Shown: piece by piece, positions 27,950-41,306 of the stretch
Position numbering within the stretch: position 1 is the first letter of the stretch
Layout: each line of letters begins with the position of its first letter
Origin: Octopus sinensis
Taxonomy: Eukaryota
DNA: 64,000 bases
Assembly (NCBI RefSeq): GCF_006345805.1
Contig: NC_043001.1
Coordinates: forward strand, 14,074,001-14,138,000
Direction: 5' to 3'
Notes under the pieces: generated by a model
What the model was told of the DNA's origin: nothing
Databases searched by the model: none
Seen by the model: only the letters and a program-made list of their open reading frames with translations
Made by a program: the position numbers and the translations under genes

Positions 27950-28387
27950 AGATGTAATTAGTGTTACCGCATTTGGAAGTCTTACCGATAGCTGCTATAA
28001 TTTCTTTGTGACATTTGCACATCAAAGCAAAGCATCATGTTTTTTTTGTTCTGTTTCCCAGTTTTCTCACACCTTAAAATATCTCCTACAAACCTAATTT
28101 CTTATACTTAAACACCAGGTAAAAAAAAAACCTTTTCCAACTGATGATTGTACTTTTGTATATAGCAAACATAAATTGAGAACATAGGTAAAAATAAATT
28201 AAAGTTCAATTAACACTTTAGCACTGATACTGGCCAAATCTAGTCCAAATTTTCTACTTGTTTAATTGTCAAACCGGCCGGCTCTGGCCTCTCACATCAA
28301 CCCTAAAATGTCATTATAAGAATAAACAATTGGATCAGAAGAATCTCAAAGCTACGAGGTGATTCTTAATTCATAACAATAGGAATA

Positions 28388-28608
28388 CGACGGGGTGAGG
28401 CTGAAAAGTTGCTGGCCTTGAGTAAAAGAAAAAAGCAGGAGGATCAGTTAATTATGAATTTATTCAACGTATTCCCCTCTCAGATTCACACACTTATTGA
28501 AGTGGTCCTTCAGTTTTTCTAAGCCCTGTAAAGAGAACTCAGATGTTTGGGCCTCAAACCAGGCCTTTCATGAAACTCTGAAAGCCAGGAACTTTTCAGC
28601 ACCCCTCG
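28388..28608. mobile_element. Mariner-derived MITE
   Basis: Imperfect TIRs CGACGGGGTGAGGCTGAAAAGTT / AACTTTTCAGCACCCCTCG flanked by TA; related copy at 38444. Confidence 0.7.
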
Positions 28609-28704
<96 letters not shown>

Positions 28705-29066
28705 GGGTTGGACAAAGTAATGGAAACAACGGCCATCAAAATTCCGGTAGTGAGAGACCCTAAACCTTGTTTAGACATCTATTTAGACAAATGAAAACCG
28801 AGACAAAATATTTGCGACTTCATTTGTATCCAATGATAGAGATTAGTTCTTCTTTGCAGGCAAATACATGCATTGTTTAGAGAGTAGGGTTGGTCCTGCA
28901 CAAGATCGCAAGATCTTTCCTCACTTTAAGAAGCATTAGACATAGACAACGCTTGAATTTTAACATCCCAATTAACACCTTTTGTATGTGTCTCATGTTA
29001 TAGATGGCTGTAACCGATAATGGCAGAACAGTCAGTGAAGAGTCTCATATTGAGATGAAGGTATAT

Positions 29067-29480
29067 TATTTCTATACTACCTACAAGGGGCTATATACAG
29101 AGGGGACAAACAAGGACAGGCAAACGGATTAAGTCGATTACATCGACCCCAGTGCGTAACTGGTACTTAATTTATTGACCCCGAAAGGATGAAAGGCAAA
29201 GTCGACCTCGGCGGAATTTGAACTCAGAACGTGAAGGCGGACGAAATACCTATTTCTTTACTGCCCACAAGGGGGTAAACATAGAGGGGACAAACAAGGA
29301 CAGACAAAGGGAGTAAATCAATTACATCGACCCTAGTGCGTAACTGGTACTTAATTTATCGACCCCGAAAGGATGAAAGGGAAAGTCGACCTCGGCGAAA
29401 TTTGAACTCAGAACGTAGCGGCAGACGAAATACCGCTAAGCATTTCGCCCGGTGTGCTAACGTTTCTGCCAGCTCGCCGC
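29067..29480 (-). mobile_element. Family-2 SINE dimer flanked by a 16-bp target-site duplication
   Basis: TGAGATGAAGG(T/C)ATAT at 29051-29066 and 29486-29501. Confidence 0.8.
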
Positions 29481-29819
29481 ATTCATGAGATGAAGGCATA
29501 TGTTAGCGCGGGTGATACACTCCCTGAACACTCCGATCGTTGCTTCATCTGTGGAGAAGAGTGTAATGTCTTAACCTAGCAGGACTGAAAAGAGACAAAG
29601 AAAAGTACAGTGAATCCGCTATAGGGAGTGGGAAACCCAACTTTTCGGACAAAGTCCTTCAGACAAAAACTGAGGAAGGACTCAGTCTGAATCAAGTTCT
29701 ACACCCAACAGCAAGTTTATACGACACATTTTGTCTATTTTACTAGAGGTATAGATGCGTATATTATATATGTGTGAGTGTGCGTGCCTGTATATTTACA
29801 TATATGTATATATATTCTT

Positions 29820-30046
29820 TTATACTTTTATTGTCTCGGTCATTTGACAGCGGCCATGCTGGAGCACCGCCTTTAGTCGAGCAAATCGACACCACGACTT
29901 ATTCTATTCTTTCTAAGTCGAGTACTCATTCTATCGCTCTATTTTGCCGAACTGCTATGTTACGGAGACGTAAACACACCAGTATCGGTTGTCAAGTGAT
30001 ACTGGGAGGACAAACACAGACGCACAAACACACACACATACACACG

Positions 30047-30085
<39 letters not shown>

Positions 30086-30246
30086 ACGGGCTTCTTTCAG
30101 TTTCTGTCTACTAAATCCATCCACAAGGTTTTGGTCAGCCCAAAGCTATAGTAGAAGACACTTGCCCAAGATGCCACGCAGCGGGACTGAACCCGGAACC
30201 ATGTGGTTGGGAAGCAAGCTTCTTACCACACAGCTACTCCTGCGCC
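29820..30246 (-). mobile_element. Family-1 SINE
   Basis: Homologous to 1-442. Confidence 0.8.
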
Positions 30247-30295
30247 TATATACATAGATTTGTATACATATGTGTATCTATCTCTCTCTCCCTCT

Positions 30296-30331
<36 letters not shown>

Positions 30332-30460
30332 CAAACACATATACATATATACATATATATATACACACATATATATACATACATATATATATACATATAC
30401 ATACATATATATACATACATATACATACAAATATATATATATATATATATATATGTGTAT

Positions 30461-30495
<35 letters not shown>

Positions 30496-30767
30496 TTAAA
30501 CATGGACAAGCACATATAGAGAGAGACAATGAAGAAAAGGTAGAAAAAAAGATAGGTTTGTTTCCATGTGTGTGTGTGTGTGTTGTGCGTGTGTGTGTGT
30601 GTGCGTGTGTGTGTGTTGTGTGTGTGTGATTAATATCTCAGCTTAAAATTGTGTATAACATCCTGGCTAGACTGACTGACTTGATTAACTCTCAAATTGT
30701 ATTTCGTAAAAGAAATTATTTGAATTTTCATGAATAATGTTTCCGGGCTATCAATCTATCTTTTACT

Positions 30768-30845
<78 letters not shown>

Positions 30846-30878
30846 CACACACTCTCTCATATGTATATATATATATAT

Positions 30879-30917
<39 letters not shown>

Positions 30918-31412
30918 AGATAGATAGATTTGTAAACAAAAAACAATACAATAGAATGGTGAATGTGGCGCCATCTGGGAGAAAGTACAATTCTGGAACA
31001 TTCATTTAACTACCTGTTAGGAAATAATTTAATCAAATGACAATTAATGCCTGTCTGTTAAAATATATATACATTTTCTACATATTTTTTATCCTCTAGC
31101 CAGGAAAATGATAATGGTTATTTACATTCAAGTTTTTGTCTTCGCATTTTAATGTTTTGTTTTGTTTTTTTTTGTTCTCTGTTTTGTTAAAATATTTTGT
31201 TGTTAGCTTTCGCTCGTTTCAATCATTGGACTGCAGCCATGCTGGGGCACGACCTTGAAGAATTTTAGTCGAACGAATCAACCCCAGTACTTGATTATTA
31301 TTTTTTTTTATAGTCTGGTACTTATTTCATCCACCTCTATTGCTGAACCGCTAAGTTGCGGAGACGTAAGCATAACTACCCCGGTTATCAAGCGGAGACA
31401 AACACACACACG

Positions 31413-31449
<37 letters not shown>

Positions 31450-31651
31450 TAGATAAACTTAGATATGTTTCGACCAAAGATTGGTCCAGACCATGTCTAA
31501 CTTAATAGCACCACCTGATAGGATTATTCGAATCCTGTTTAAGTCAAGTTTTGTTTATGGTCCATTCAAGTAGTGAGTTCTTGCTGGGTGAGTTGTATCC
31601 AATTATGGGTGGCTTATCTGGTATTCTTTGAAGGAATCTATCCAGACTCCG

Positions 31652-31740
<89 letters not shown>

Positions 31741-33103
31741 GTAGAATAAAGAATAGAAAGTCCTTGGCACAGTATTTATATTTGAAAAATGGATAGAAAT
31801 GGCTTTTCTGATAACTATGTCTTCCTTCTAACTTACTATCCCCAGTACTTCTAACTAATAATTGCTATTTAATCCTGTTATGTTATCCTCAAGGGTAACC
31901 TAAAAAGACTATGTGCACCTCCTTCAGATCTATGGATAAGCAGTTCACTTTTTATTAAAACCACGAACATGCTTGCGATCAGTTCTTGACTTTGAAATTA
32001 TTGTATTTTATTAGCCTAAAGCAAACTCACAGCTGCGACAATCAAAATTATTTCTCCGTCTGACCAATCAAAAGCTATTTTCCGAACATGTTCAACTTGT
32101 CTTCTAATTATATCGGTATTTGAATACAAAGTTTTCGTCATTAGCAACAATATCAACGCCAGATAATGGTCGATTAATTCGCATATTGTCATCTTGAATA
32201 TATGAAATCAAATATCAGAGAATATTAGTCATTACATGAGTTCAAATTCCACCAGGGTCGACTTTACCTTTCATCCTTTCGGGGTCAATAAAATAAGGAT
32301 CAGCTGGGTATTGGGGTCGATCTAATCGATTTAATCCTTTCTCCAAAACTTCTGGCCTTTGAAACCAATATTAAAAATGCTTTGTGGTATTTGTTCTGAT
32401 TCTGTTCAAAACCCACGAGGATCAACTTTACCTTTCGGTTTCGATAAAATATGATACCAGGTAATGAAATAACATGTCCCAACTCAAAATTGTTGTTCTT
32501 GTGCCCGAACCAGAAACTATAATTTTTCGGCGGTGGGTGGGGTGTGGTGATGGGTTCTCTCCACATTAAAATGCAACTACATCTTCTCAAAAAGAATATC
32601 TCTTATTTCACAGATAATTCGTCAGCCACAAAGTAATATTTGCTAGACTATTAATGTTTGAAATAACGAAGCATTACGAAATATAACGAAACGAAACGTT
32701 GCCCTACCTTGAGTCTGAAATTGTTGGCTACGATAACAAATAATATTTACATTAACATTTTCGCAGTTTGTTAAAACAAATGCTTTTAATTAAAATAGTT
32801 TACGATAACTACGTTGTAAACAAGTAAATATTTGGATTGAGATATTTTAATGAAATGTTGATATTGTTGCTAATGAGACAATCTTAGTAGACAAACACTG
32901 ACATAATTGAAAGAAAGACACCTTTATAGAGATCGTGTTGAGAAGATAGTTTGCTATAGGTTAGATGGACAAATCATTTATCTCAGCAATCTATCCGTTC
33001 AGAAGTTAAACTGAGAGCTAGTCGTATGATCACAAGTTCAAACTTACTGTAAACGTAACTGTGAATTTAAAAATAGTTATTGTTTTTTTTTTATATATAA
33101 ATA

Positions 33104-33505
33104 GGCGCAGGAGTAGCTGTGTGGTAAGTAGCTTGCTAACCAACCATATTGTTCCGGGTTCAGTCCCACTGCGTGGCATCTTGGGCAAGTGTCTTCTGCT
33201 ATAGCCGCGGGCCGACCAAAGCCTTGTGAGTGGATTTGGTAGACGGAAACTGAAAGAAGCCTGTCGTATATATGTATATATATATATGTGTGTGTGTGTG
33301 TATGTTTGTGTGTCTGTGTTTGTCCCGCTAGCATTGCTTGACAACCGATGCTAGTGTGTTTACGTCCCAGTCACTTAGCGGTTCGGCAAAAGAGAACGAT
33401 AGAATAAGTACTGAGCTTACAAAGAATAAGTCCCGGGGTCGATTTGCTCGACTAAAGGCGGTGCTCCAGCATGGCCGCAGTCAAATGACTGAAACAAGTA
33501 AAAAG
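33104..33505 (+). mobile_element. Family-1 SINE
   Basis: Homologous to 1-442. Confidence 0.85.
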
Positions 33506-33669
33506 AAAAAAAAGAAAAAGAAAAAAAGATCTGAGAGAGAAGGTGAACATAATCTTTTTAAGCCATCATTGAGGATGACAGTACAGGATTAAATCAGTAA
33601 ATCTTTAATTTGGAATACTAGTGATTATAAGTTAGAAAAAAAGACAAACGTAGTTTAAAGATTCCGAAG

Positions 33670-33908
33670 AAATACCTATTTTTTTACTGCCCACAAGGGG
33701 CTGAACACAGAGAGGACAAACAAGGACAGACAAACGGATTAAGTCGATTACATCGACTCCAGTGCGCAACTGGTACTTATTTAATCGACCCCAAAAGGAT
33801 GAAAGGCAAAGTCGACCGTGGCGGAATTTGAATTAAGAACGTAGCGGCAGACAAAATACGGCTACGCATTTCGCCCGGCGTGCTTACGTTTCTGCCAGAT
33901 CGCCGCCT
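33670..33908 (-). mobile_element. Family-2 SINE
   Basis: Homologous to 25439-25666. Confidence 0.8.
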
Positions 33909-35828
33909 TGGATTTCTGAAGCAATACAGCACCAGAGGAGCTAAGTGTTACCAAACTTATATTATTCATCTTAAATCTATATACATCTCTTAATCTGAAG
34001 TTATATAGATAAGCAGTACCTGTTGCAATTCCATGGATATTTTGCGGTACAATGTCAGCCATAAACAACCCCACTACTATAATAATATTCTGTTACTTCC
34101 TCCTTAATCTTCTGAATAACCTCTTTTCTCTTCTTTTTTTCTGTTTTCTAACCTTGTTTTCTCATTCTCGTTTGCGCAAAATAGTCTTACATATCATCGT
34201 TCATATTTTACCTTCGTTCTTAATCAACAAATCTTAATTTTTTTCTCATTAGCTTCAGTTTGTCGTTCGTCATACGCCACCTCATACACACAGGCACCTG
34301 CACACACACACACACACACACACATACACATACACACAATTAATTGCCATCATACACGTGTGTGAGTACGTGTATGTGTGCAAGTGCTAGTAACATCGTT
34401 TGAATCTCTCTTTCATTTTCTCTCTCTCCTTCTTTCTCTCTTGCAAACACACTTTTATACCATTTCCAGGGTAACAGATTTTTTACACTACAGGAAACTA
34501 TCGATAACACCCTAATATAACACATGATAACAGGAATATAAAACCTCATCAGAATGTTTTAAACCCAGTAAAGTCACAAGTTCTAGTCTTCACACGTATT
34601 TTGCCTTTTCTTTTCTCTCTCTCTCCCACTCTGCCTATTCTAACACTACAACAGTGATCTCTGCTCCTTTTAGCTTCTCGGATTCGTGCCACATCTTTTC
34701 AGATACTACCGAGCCTTACCTATATTATGTCCACCTAATCAAGTCCTACATTAATCATTCCACCCAGCTTTCTCCTGCAGCGATGATTTTCTACTGTTAC
34801 TGGGTAATGTTAACTGAGTGGCTACCATTAGCCTTGGAGGCACTGCAAAGACCATAGCCACAATCAGTTCCTTCTAACCAAACTAACAAATACAATAAAA
34901 GAAACTGAACCCTATCATAAATTTTCATCAGTGAACGTTTAACATTCTCCACTGATTACTTGTAATACATTATCATCCATAAATATTTCTCCACTGATTA
35001 CTTGTAATACATTATCATCCAAAAATATCTCTCCACTCGGTAATAATATCCTGTCATTTATTTCATAATCCTTTGATTAATTTAAAGGAAATTTTGTCAG
35101 TTCCTGTCTCTCATATTTTCTATTCTAGCGTGTTTTCTCTTTCTGGTTTGTACAAAATATTCTTTCCTAACATCACAGTTTATATTTTCTCATCTTTCTT
35201 GTTTAACAATTCTGTGTAAATTTTGCTTCGATGCTATCAAGGAAATAATATCAAGCAAATAATATCACCAAAAACAATTTAGAAAAGTTTTATATTTAAA
35301 TATAAACTAAATTATTTGAGGAAACAAAATACAGACATTGGAAGAGAATAAAACGAATTGCGTTCGGTGACAGTCAATTCAGAGTAAAATGTTAAATTCA
35401 TGTATGGAACGATGCTAAGTTATATATTATGAAGGAACTAACAAAGGAAATAAATATTTCTTTCAGAAAAACTTCAACGAAACAAAAATATAAATTCAAT
35501 ATGTTCCCATTAAAACGAACAGACTGTGTTTCTTTGTTTCTTGTCTTCCCTTTTTTTTTTTCTGTGATTATTAGTAGTAAAACACACTTTTTTACAAAAA
35601 CATTTGTGCATATTCGATCAAAATAAAATTCAAAGAAATAACTTGAATATAAATTTAATCTTATACACTCGCACGAACTAATTTTATTTACTGTTTGAAC
35701 GTTTTTTTTTTATACACCGCACAATGATTGCTATAAATTTTAATGCTATCAGCAATAAAAGAACATTGAAGTGACAGGAAGACTAGTGTACCAAAGAAAT
35801 AAATAGGTTGTGATATTATATTGCGTAG

Positions 35829-36118
35829 AGGGACATGGCCTAGTGTCTCACGGTCGAGAGATCGCGGGTTCGAATTTCAGATCGGGCGATATGTGTGTTT
35901 ATGAGCGAAACACCTAAGTTCCACACGGCTCCGGCAGAAGGTAATGGCGAACTTCTGTTGACTCTTTCGCCACAACTTTCTCTCACTCTTTCCTCCTGCA
36001 TATAGCAGCTCACCTGCGAGGACCGACGTCCCGTCTAGGAGGGGAACCTATATGCCAATGAAACCGGGAAACCGGCCCTTATGAGCCAAGCATGGCCCCG
36101 AGAAGAAACAAACAACAG
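35829..36118 (+). mobile_element. Family-3-type SINE with tail c
   Basis: Homologous to 19474-19770. Confidence 0.7.
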
Positions 36119-36956
36119 CATTCCTATTTCAGATCCTGTTGGAATCGACAGGGACTTTAAACTTCTAAAGATCGGTAACAGTTCACTCCCCTTGTTTCAC
36201 TTCTCTACGGTTTAACTGATATTACATTCAGCACTTGCTGTCCCAAACATGAATGCCGCTTATTTTATCTGAACAACTTAAACTAAAAAGCTGATGCTTT
36301 TCGACAATCCTCAACACATGAAGAGGGAAACAAAATGGTAACTTGCGAAATTCGTTAGTTTTCCTTAAGCAATTTAAGTACACATGCATATATTTATAGT
36401 TTATCTTAATCTTTTTGATGCAACTCTACTCTATTGTGTTCTCTCGTTCTTTTCTCTAATTTCCTTTTTCTCCCCTTCGCCGTTTTCTATCCGTCTCTCC
36501 CCCTCTTTCTCCCTTTCTCTCTCTCGTTGCTCACATGTGACCATCGTCCATCTTTCTTTTCCTCACGTGATCATCTTTCTTTTCTTTCAGGACTGTCCTA
36601 AGGACTGGACGTATCCTATCTCTCTCTGCTATCTTTTCTCTTGTCAAAGAAAATATTTCTCCAGCGCTCGCTATTTTACCCTCGTTCTGGTCTAACGACC
36701 CTCCATCTTTGTTTTCGTTCGGTTTCTTTTAACTAAGTTGGTGAGTTTTATGTGACTTCTTACCATAAATTCCCCACAGATCTTATACGAGCATATACAT
36801 ATAAATATACATACATATACATACATATAAATAAGATAGTATGTATGTATGTATGCGTATATATATATTTCAAAAGTCACATTCGATCACAGCACCAGTA
36901 ACAGTTAAGCTTCGTGCAATGGCCACGCTCGATAACGAGGGACAGCCATAATAATG

Positions 36957-36998
<42 letters not shown>

Positions 36999-37029
36999 AT
37001 ATACGTGTATATTATAACTATATGCCCGA

Positions 37030-37408
37030 GTGGTATTAGGGCAAGTTACCTCGGGTGAAAATCCTCGGAGTGTCTGTTTCGGCAACCGGCGGCTCCTCGG
37101 TCGTTCTGTCCCTGCGTCTGCGGACAATCTGCGGCAAACAGGATGTCTCTACATGTGGGATTGTTGGGGACCGCTTGTGAAATCCACATATTCTCACGAA
37201 ACTTCTTCCATGAATTCTCAATGGCGAATACAATGGCAACATCGGCCTGCGCCGATGGAACCGTGACTGGCTCGCTATCTCCAGTGAACTGGCGCAGGAC
37301 CGTCGTGCGTGGGCTGCCATGGTTCGAGATGCCTCGAGAGTGGTAGAAGAAGCCGACTCAACCCGCCCAGGGGGAATGTCGCCACAAGTACAAGTAAGTA
37401 AGTAAGTT
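37030..37408 (+). mobile_element. 3' end of an RTE-clade LINE
   Basis: Frame from 37241 reads IGLRRWNRDWLAISSELAQDRRAWAAMVRDA (RTE-type AQDRxxW motif); ends in an (AAGT)n tandem tail. Confidence 0.75.
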
Positions 37409-38169
37409 AAAGTAGTTGACATATGTTCAAGATGCAACACAGCTGAATCGGTCCCTGAACTTCGTGATTGCACACCAGATACCATAATCACATAGTCATG
37501 CTAGAACTCAGTTTCTGAACAACACAGCCATATCAAATAACCATTTAAGCAAATAAATAGAAAGTAAATTTCAAGCCAAATATGAAAGTACTGCTGGCTT
37601 CTTAGCGACTAATTATTTCGTCTGTCTCAACTGAACACGCCAATAGTTTCGAAAATAATTGAACACTAGTTTGACCGTCAATGAGACCAAGTATAATACA
37701 GCCTACCATTTAGCTAGAACGTGTTTCAGAATATAATTGTACTACTTAAAGTAAGAATATAAATACATTCCAAAAATAATGACTGGAACATCTGTAGGAA
37801 GTTAAACCGATTTTGTTAGATATAAATAATGATTTGTCAATGATTGCTTTCCGCCTTTGTTTCACGTAGCTGTGATCAGCGTTAATCGACTGACATTAAT
37901 CTATACATGCTAGAGTGCTTTTGACATAACATTGTGAATTTCTTAGATGCAACGTAACACGTTTCTACTGTATATTTTGAATCAGCTAGCATAATATCAT
38001 AGTACCCGTCTCACAGACGGAGAAAATTATATGTAAACAGACATTTGGCTTGTATGCCTTAAATGAATGTTCCAATGATTTAAGATTTTAAAAAACTCAA
38101 TGATTTATTTCTTTGTACATACATTGCGTGTGTGTACATATGTACGTGTGTTGGCATTTCTGTACGTAT

Positions 38170-38220
<51 letters not shown>

Positions 38221-38224
38221 GATA

Positions 38225-38410
38225 TTTCTCTCCAGTTTCACATGGAGGCCCAACCATCCGAGATTTTCTTGCAGGACTTCGAAAAATTGAAGGACTGCTG
38301 CAAAAAGTGTGTGAATCTGAGAGGGGCCGCATTGAATAAAATCATAATTAACTCATCGTCCTCTATTATCTTTTACCCAAAATCAGGAACTTTTCAGCTC
38401 CCCACCCTCT
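38225..38410 (+). mobile_element. Mariner transposase C-terminal remnant with right TIR
   Basis: FLQDFEKLKDCCKKCVNLRG resembles mariner C-termini; ends GGAACTTTTCAGC. Confidence 0.55.
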
Positions 38411-38443
38411 TGTGTTGTGTGTGTGTGTGTGTGTGTATTTATA

Positions 38444-38657
38444 CAAAGAGGTACTGAAAAGATCCTAGTTATAAGGGTATCGTGAATGGCCTGATTGGAG
38501 TCTCAACCTTCCGAGTTCTTTTACAGAACTTAGAAAAAAAGGACCACTGCAATAAGTGTGTGAATCTGAGAGGGGAATATGTTGAATAAAATCATAATTA
38601 ACTGATGCTCCTGTATTTTCTTTTACCCAAAGCCAGGAACTTTTCACCACCCTATCG
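38444..38657. mobile_element. Mariner-derived MITE
   Basis: Reverse-oriented relative of 28388-28608. Confidence 0.65.
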
Positions 38658-39005
38658 TTCTTTTGCTGCCATGTGAAATATTGCATACATACAACAATTA
38701 TAATTTAAATTTTGTTAAACTGTTTTCGGTCCTTAAACAAAAGAGCGTAAGGATACAAGTTTTCAAAAAAAAGTATATAATAGCTTAAGATAAAATTAAA
38801 TAAAAGTGCAACTCATCTCGTAACTGCTCAGTCATTTACTCATTCACTCCTTCCTTCGGCATCTTTGTAATTCTTTCTTTCCATTCGTCCGTCACTTATG
38901 TTAACTTCCCTATAACTCATCTTTACTTTCTCCGAACCTCTTAACTTATGATGTGAAGCGTGACTAGTGAATTGACTAACCAACGAACCACCCAATATTT
39001 ATATC

Positions 39006-39404
39006 TATTTCTTTACTACCCACAAGGAGTTAAACACAGAGAGGACAAACAAGGGCAGACAAAGGGATTAAGTCGATTACATCGACCCCAGTGCGTAACT
39101 GCTACTTAATTTATCGACCCCGAAAGGATGAAAGGCAAAGTCGACCTCGGCGGAATTTGAACTCAGAACGCAACGGCAGACGAAATACCTATTTCTTTAC
39201 TACCCACTAGGGGCTATCACAGAGAGGACAAACAAGGACAGACAAAGGGATTAAGTCGATTACATCGACCCCAGTGCGTAACTGGTACTTAATTTATCGA
39301 CCCCGAAAGGATGAAAGGCAAAGTCGACCTCGGCGGAATTTGAACTCAGAACGTAACAGCAGACGAAATACTGCAAGACATTTCGCCCGGCGTGCTAACG
39401 TTTC
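39006..39404 (-). mobile_element. Family-2 SINE dimer hosting the ORF1 array at its site-B hexamer
   Basis: Minus begins GAAACGTTAGCACGCCGGGCG immediately after the array's 3' end; internal site-A junction at 39189/39190. Confidence 0.85.
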
Positions 39405-39554
39405 TTATTTCTTTATTACCCACTAGGGGCGACACAGAAAGGGACACTAAGAAACATGGGGACATATAACATTATAATTAAACTTTATGAACATGAATTG
39501 TTAAACGAAAAAATGATTAAATGAAAGCGATACCAACGGCCCCGTCCGTCAGCA

Positions 39555-40963
39555 TCACTTACCTGTCCTTTGTTTTTCATAGTCACTTGAATGTTCCTTG
39601 CCAATACGAACAAATTCCATATCCATTCTTACTCCGAAATACTCATCCATATTTTCCACGAATTCATCGCTCATTCTTATATCTTTCACCTCCCAATTCT
39701 CGCATTCACACATCACCATAAAGTCACCTATGTTCTTCTTTTCAATCACAGCATACCTAGTCTCACCAACATCATACCATTTATACTCTTCCATTAGACT
39801 TTTAACTTCTTTCTGTTCAGTCATAGTACAAATGTACGGCCTGATATCGATTTCAATCTCTTGTGTGTGTGTATTCTTTTTTTTCTTTTGTTTTCTTGTT
39901 GGGGGGGAGCAGGTGGGTTCAATGTCTGCATGGATAGGGTGGGACTCAGAGGGCGTGGGTGGTTTTGGGGTGGATTGGAGTTCCATATTATTTTCTTTTC
40001 CACGTATTCTTCTCTTCCTCTTACTTCCAGCTTCCTTCCATTTCTGTGTATTCTCTTCCTCTGTTTCCTTCTCCTCTGGTTTCTGCTTCTCTCTCTCTGG
40101 TTCGGGATCCATTTCTTTCCCTGGGGGAGGGCAGAAGGCTCTTATGTGACCCCTCAGGCCACACTTGTAACAACGTGGAGCCTGCCCTCCACCCACACTC
40201 TCATGATCACTTCTCCCAGTCTGATGCTTTCCGTCAGGTCCACCAGTACCTCGGTCTCTGCCTGTACGTTCAGCTCCACTGTTACGCCTCTCCAGCCCTC
40301 GGACTTAACCGAGGCATGGAGAATATCTTCGTCCTCGTGGCCGCTGATCACAGCCGCACAATCCATTCTGCCTCCACGTTTGGTGGCACTCCCTCCACCC
40401 TTATTCGTGTAATCCTCCTGTTTAAATACGTAGGTAACAGTGTACCTTTTCCGACTTCACCGCCTTCGCCGCCATCTTCCTCGCTGCAGATTCACTTTTA
40501 AAATGCACAACTACGGTCCCATACTTGGATCCTCGAGTCAGAAAATTTATTTCCTCCTCAGTTCTTCGCAGGGCTTCCTCTATCCATTCCATGGTTACAA
40601 CTTCTACCCTCTTCCTTTCGTTTGCGAACACCCTGTAAACAATGGTCCTCTTATCATACCATTCTTTTCTCCTGGGTGTCGGTGATAGTTCCACCTCACC
40701 GCTTTCCTTTTTCATGTGTTTCTGGTAACTTGGTAGCTTGGCCAAGTCGACCCCTTTCTCTTCCGCCTTCTTGGTTACACCGGCATAAGTATAACTCAGC
40801 TTCTTTTCCAAATTCTCGCTGCCATTTCTAGCTCCTTCTCAGACGTAGGCGAGTCTGATAAAGACTCGAAAACTCCAGCCTTTTCCTCCATCAGCTTCAC
40901 TGCAATTGCCTGTTCCAGTTCCTCATCTGTCGTGGACAAGTCTGTTAGAGACTCATAGTCCAT
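39555..40963 (-). CDS. L1/Tx1-type ORF1 (gag-like) protein, unit A1, frame-disrupted as assembled
   Basis: Homologous to unit A5; several 1-bp deletions. Confidence 0.7.
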
Positions 40964-41306
40964 TTCCTTCTGTCTGACAGACCGAAAACGGCCGCCAAAA
41001 CAGAAAAAAGTTTAACGCGCTGAACGAGCGAAACGCGAAACCGCGTCAACGCCGTTCAGAATTTCCACAACAACAACCACGCTTTTTGTTCTTTTTTACC
41101 GAATTTTACAGAGCGTAAAAAAACACGACCGACGTCAAACGAAGTGGTGACGTTTCTTATTTCTTTATTACCCACTAGGGGCGACACAGAAAGGGACACT
41201 AAGAAACATGGGGACATATAACATTATAATTAAATTTTATGAACATGAATTGTTAAACGAAAAAATGATTAAATGAAAGCGATACCAACGGCCCCGTCCG
41301 TCAGCA

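Noticed and set aside
31455-31495. Hairpin GACCAA/TTGGTC followed by GAAAC on minus
   Set aside because: No CUGANGA upstream.
34640-34860. Possible second Tx1 ORF2 C-terminal remnant (KDVARIR-like, minus)
   Set aside because: Too many stops and no matching tail; cannot be supported without a search.
34945-35037. 42-bp tandem duplication
   Set aside because: Simple slippage-type duplication with no further structure.
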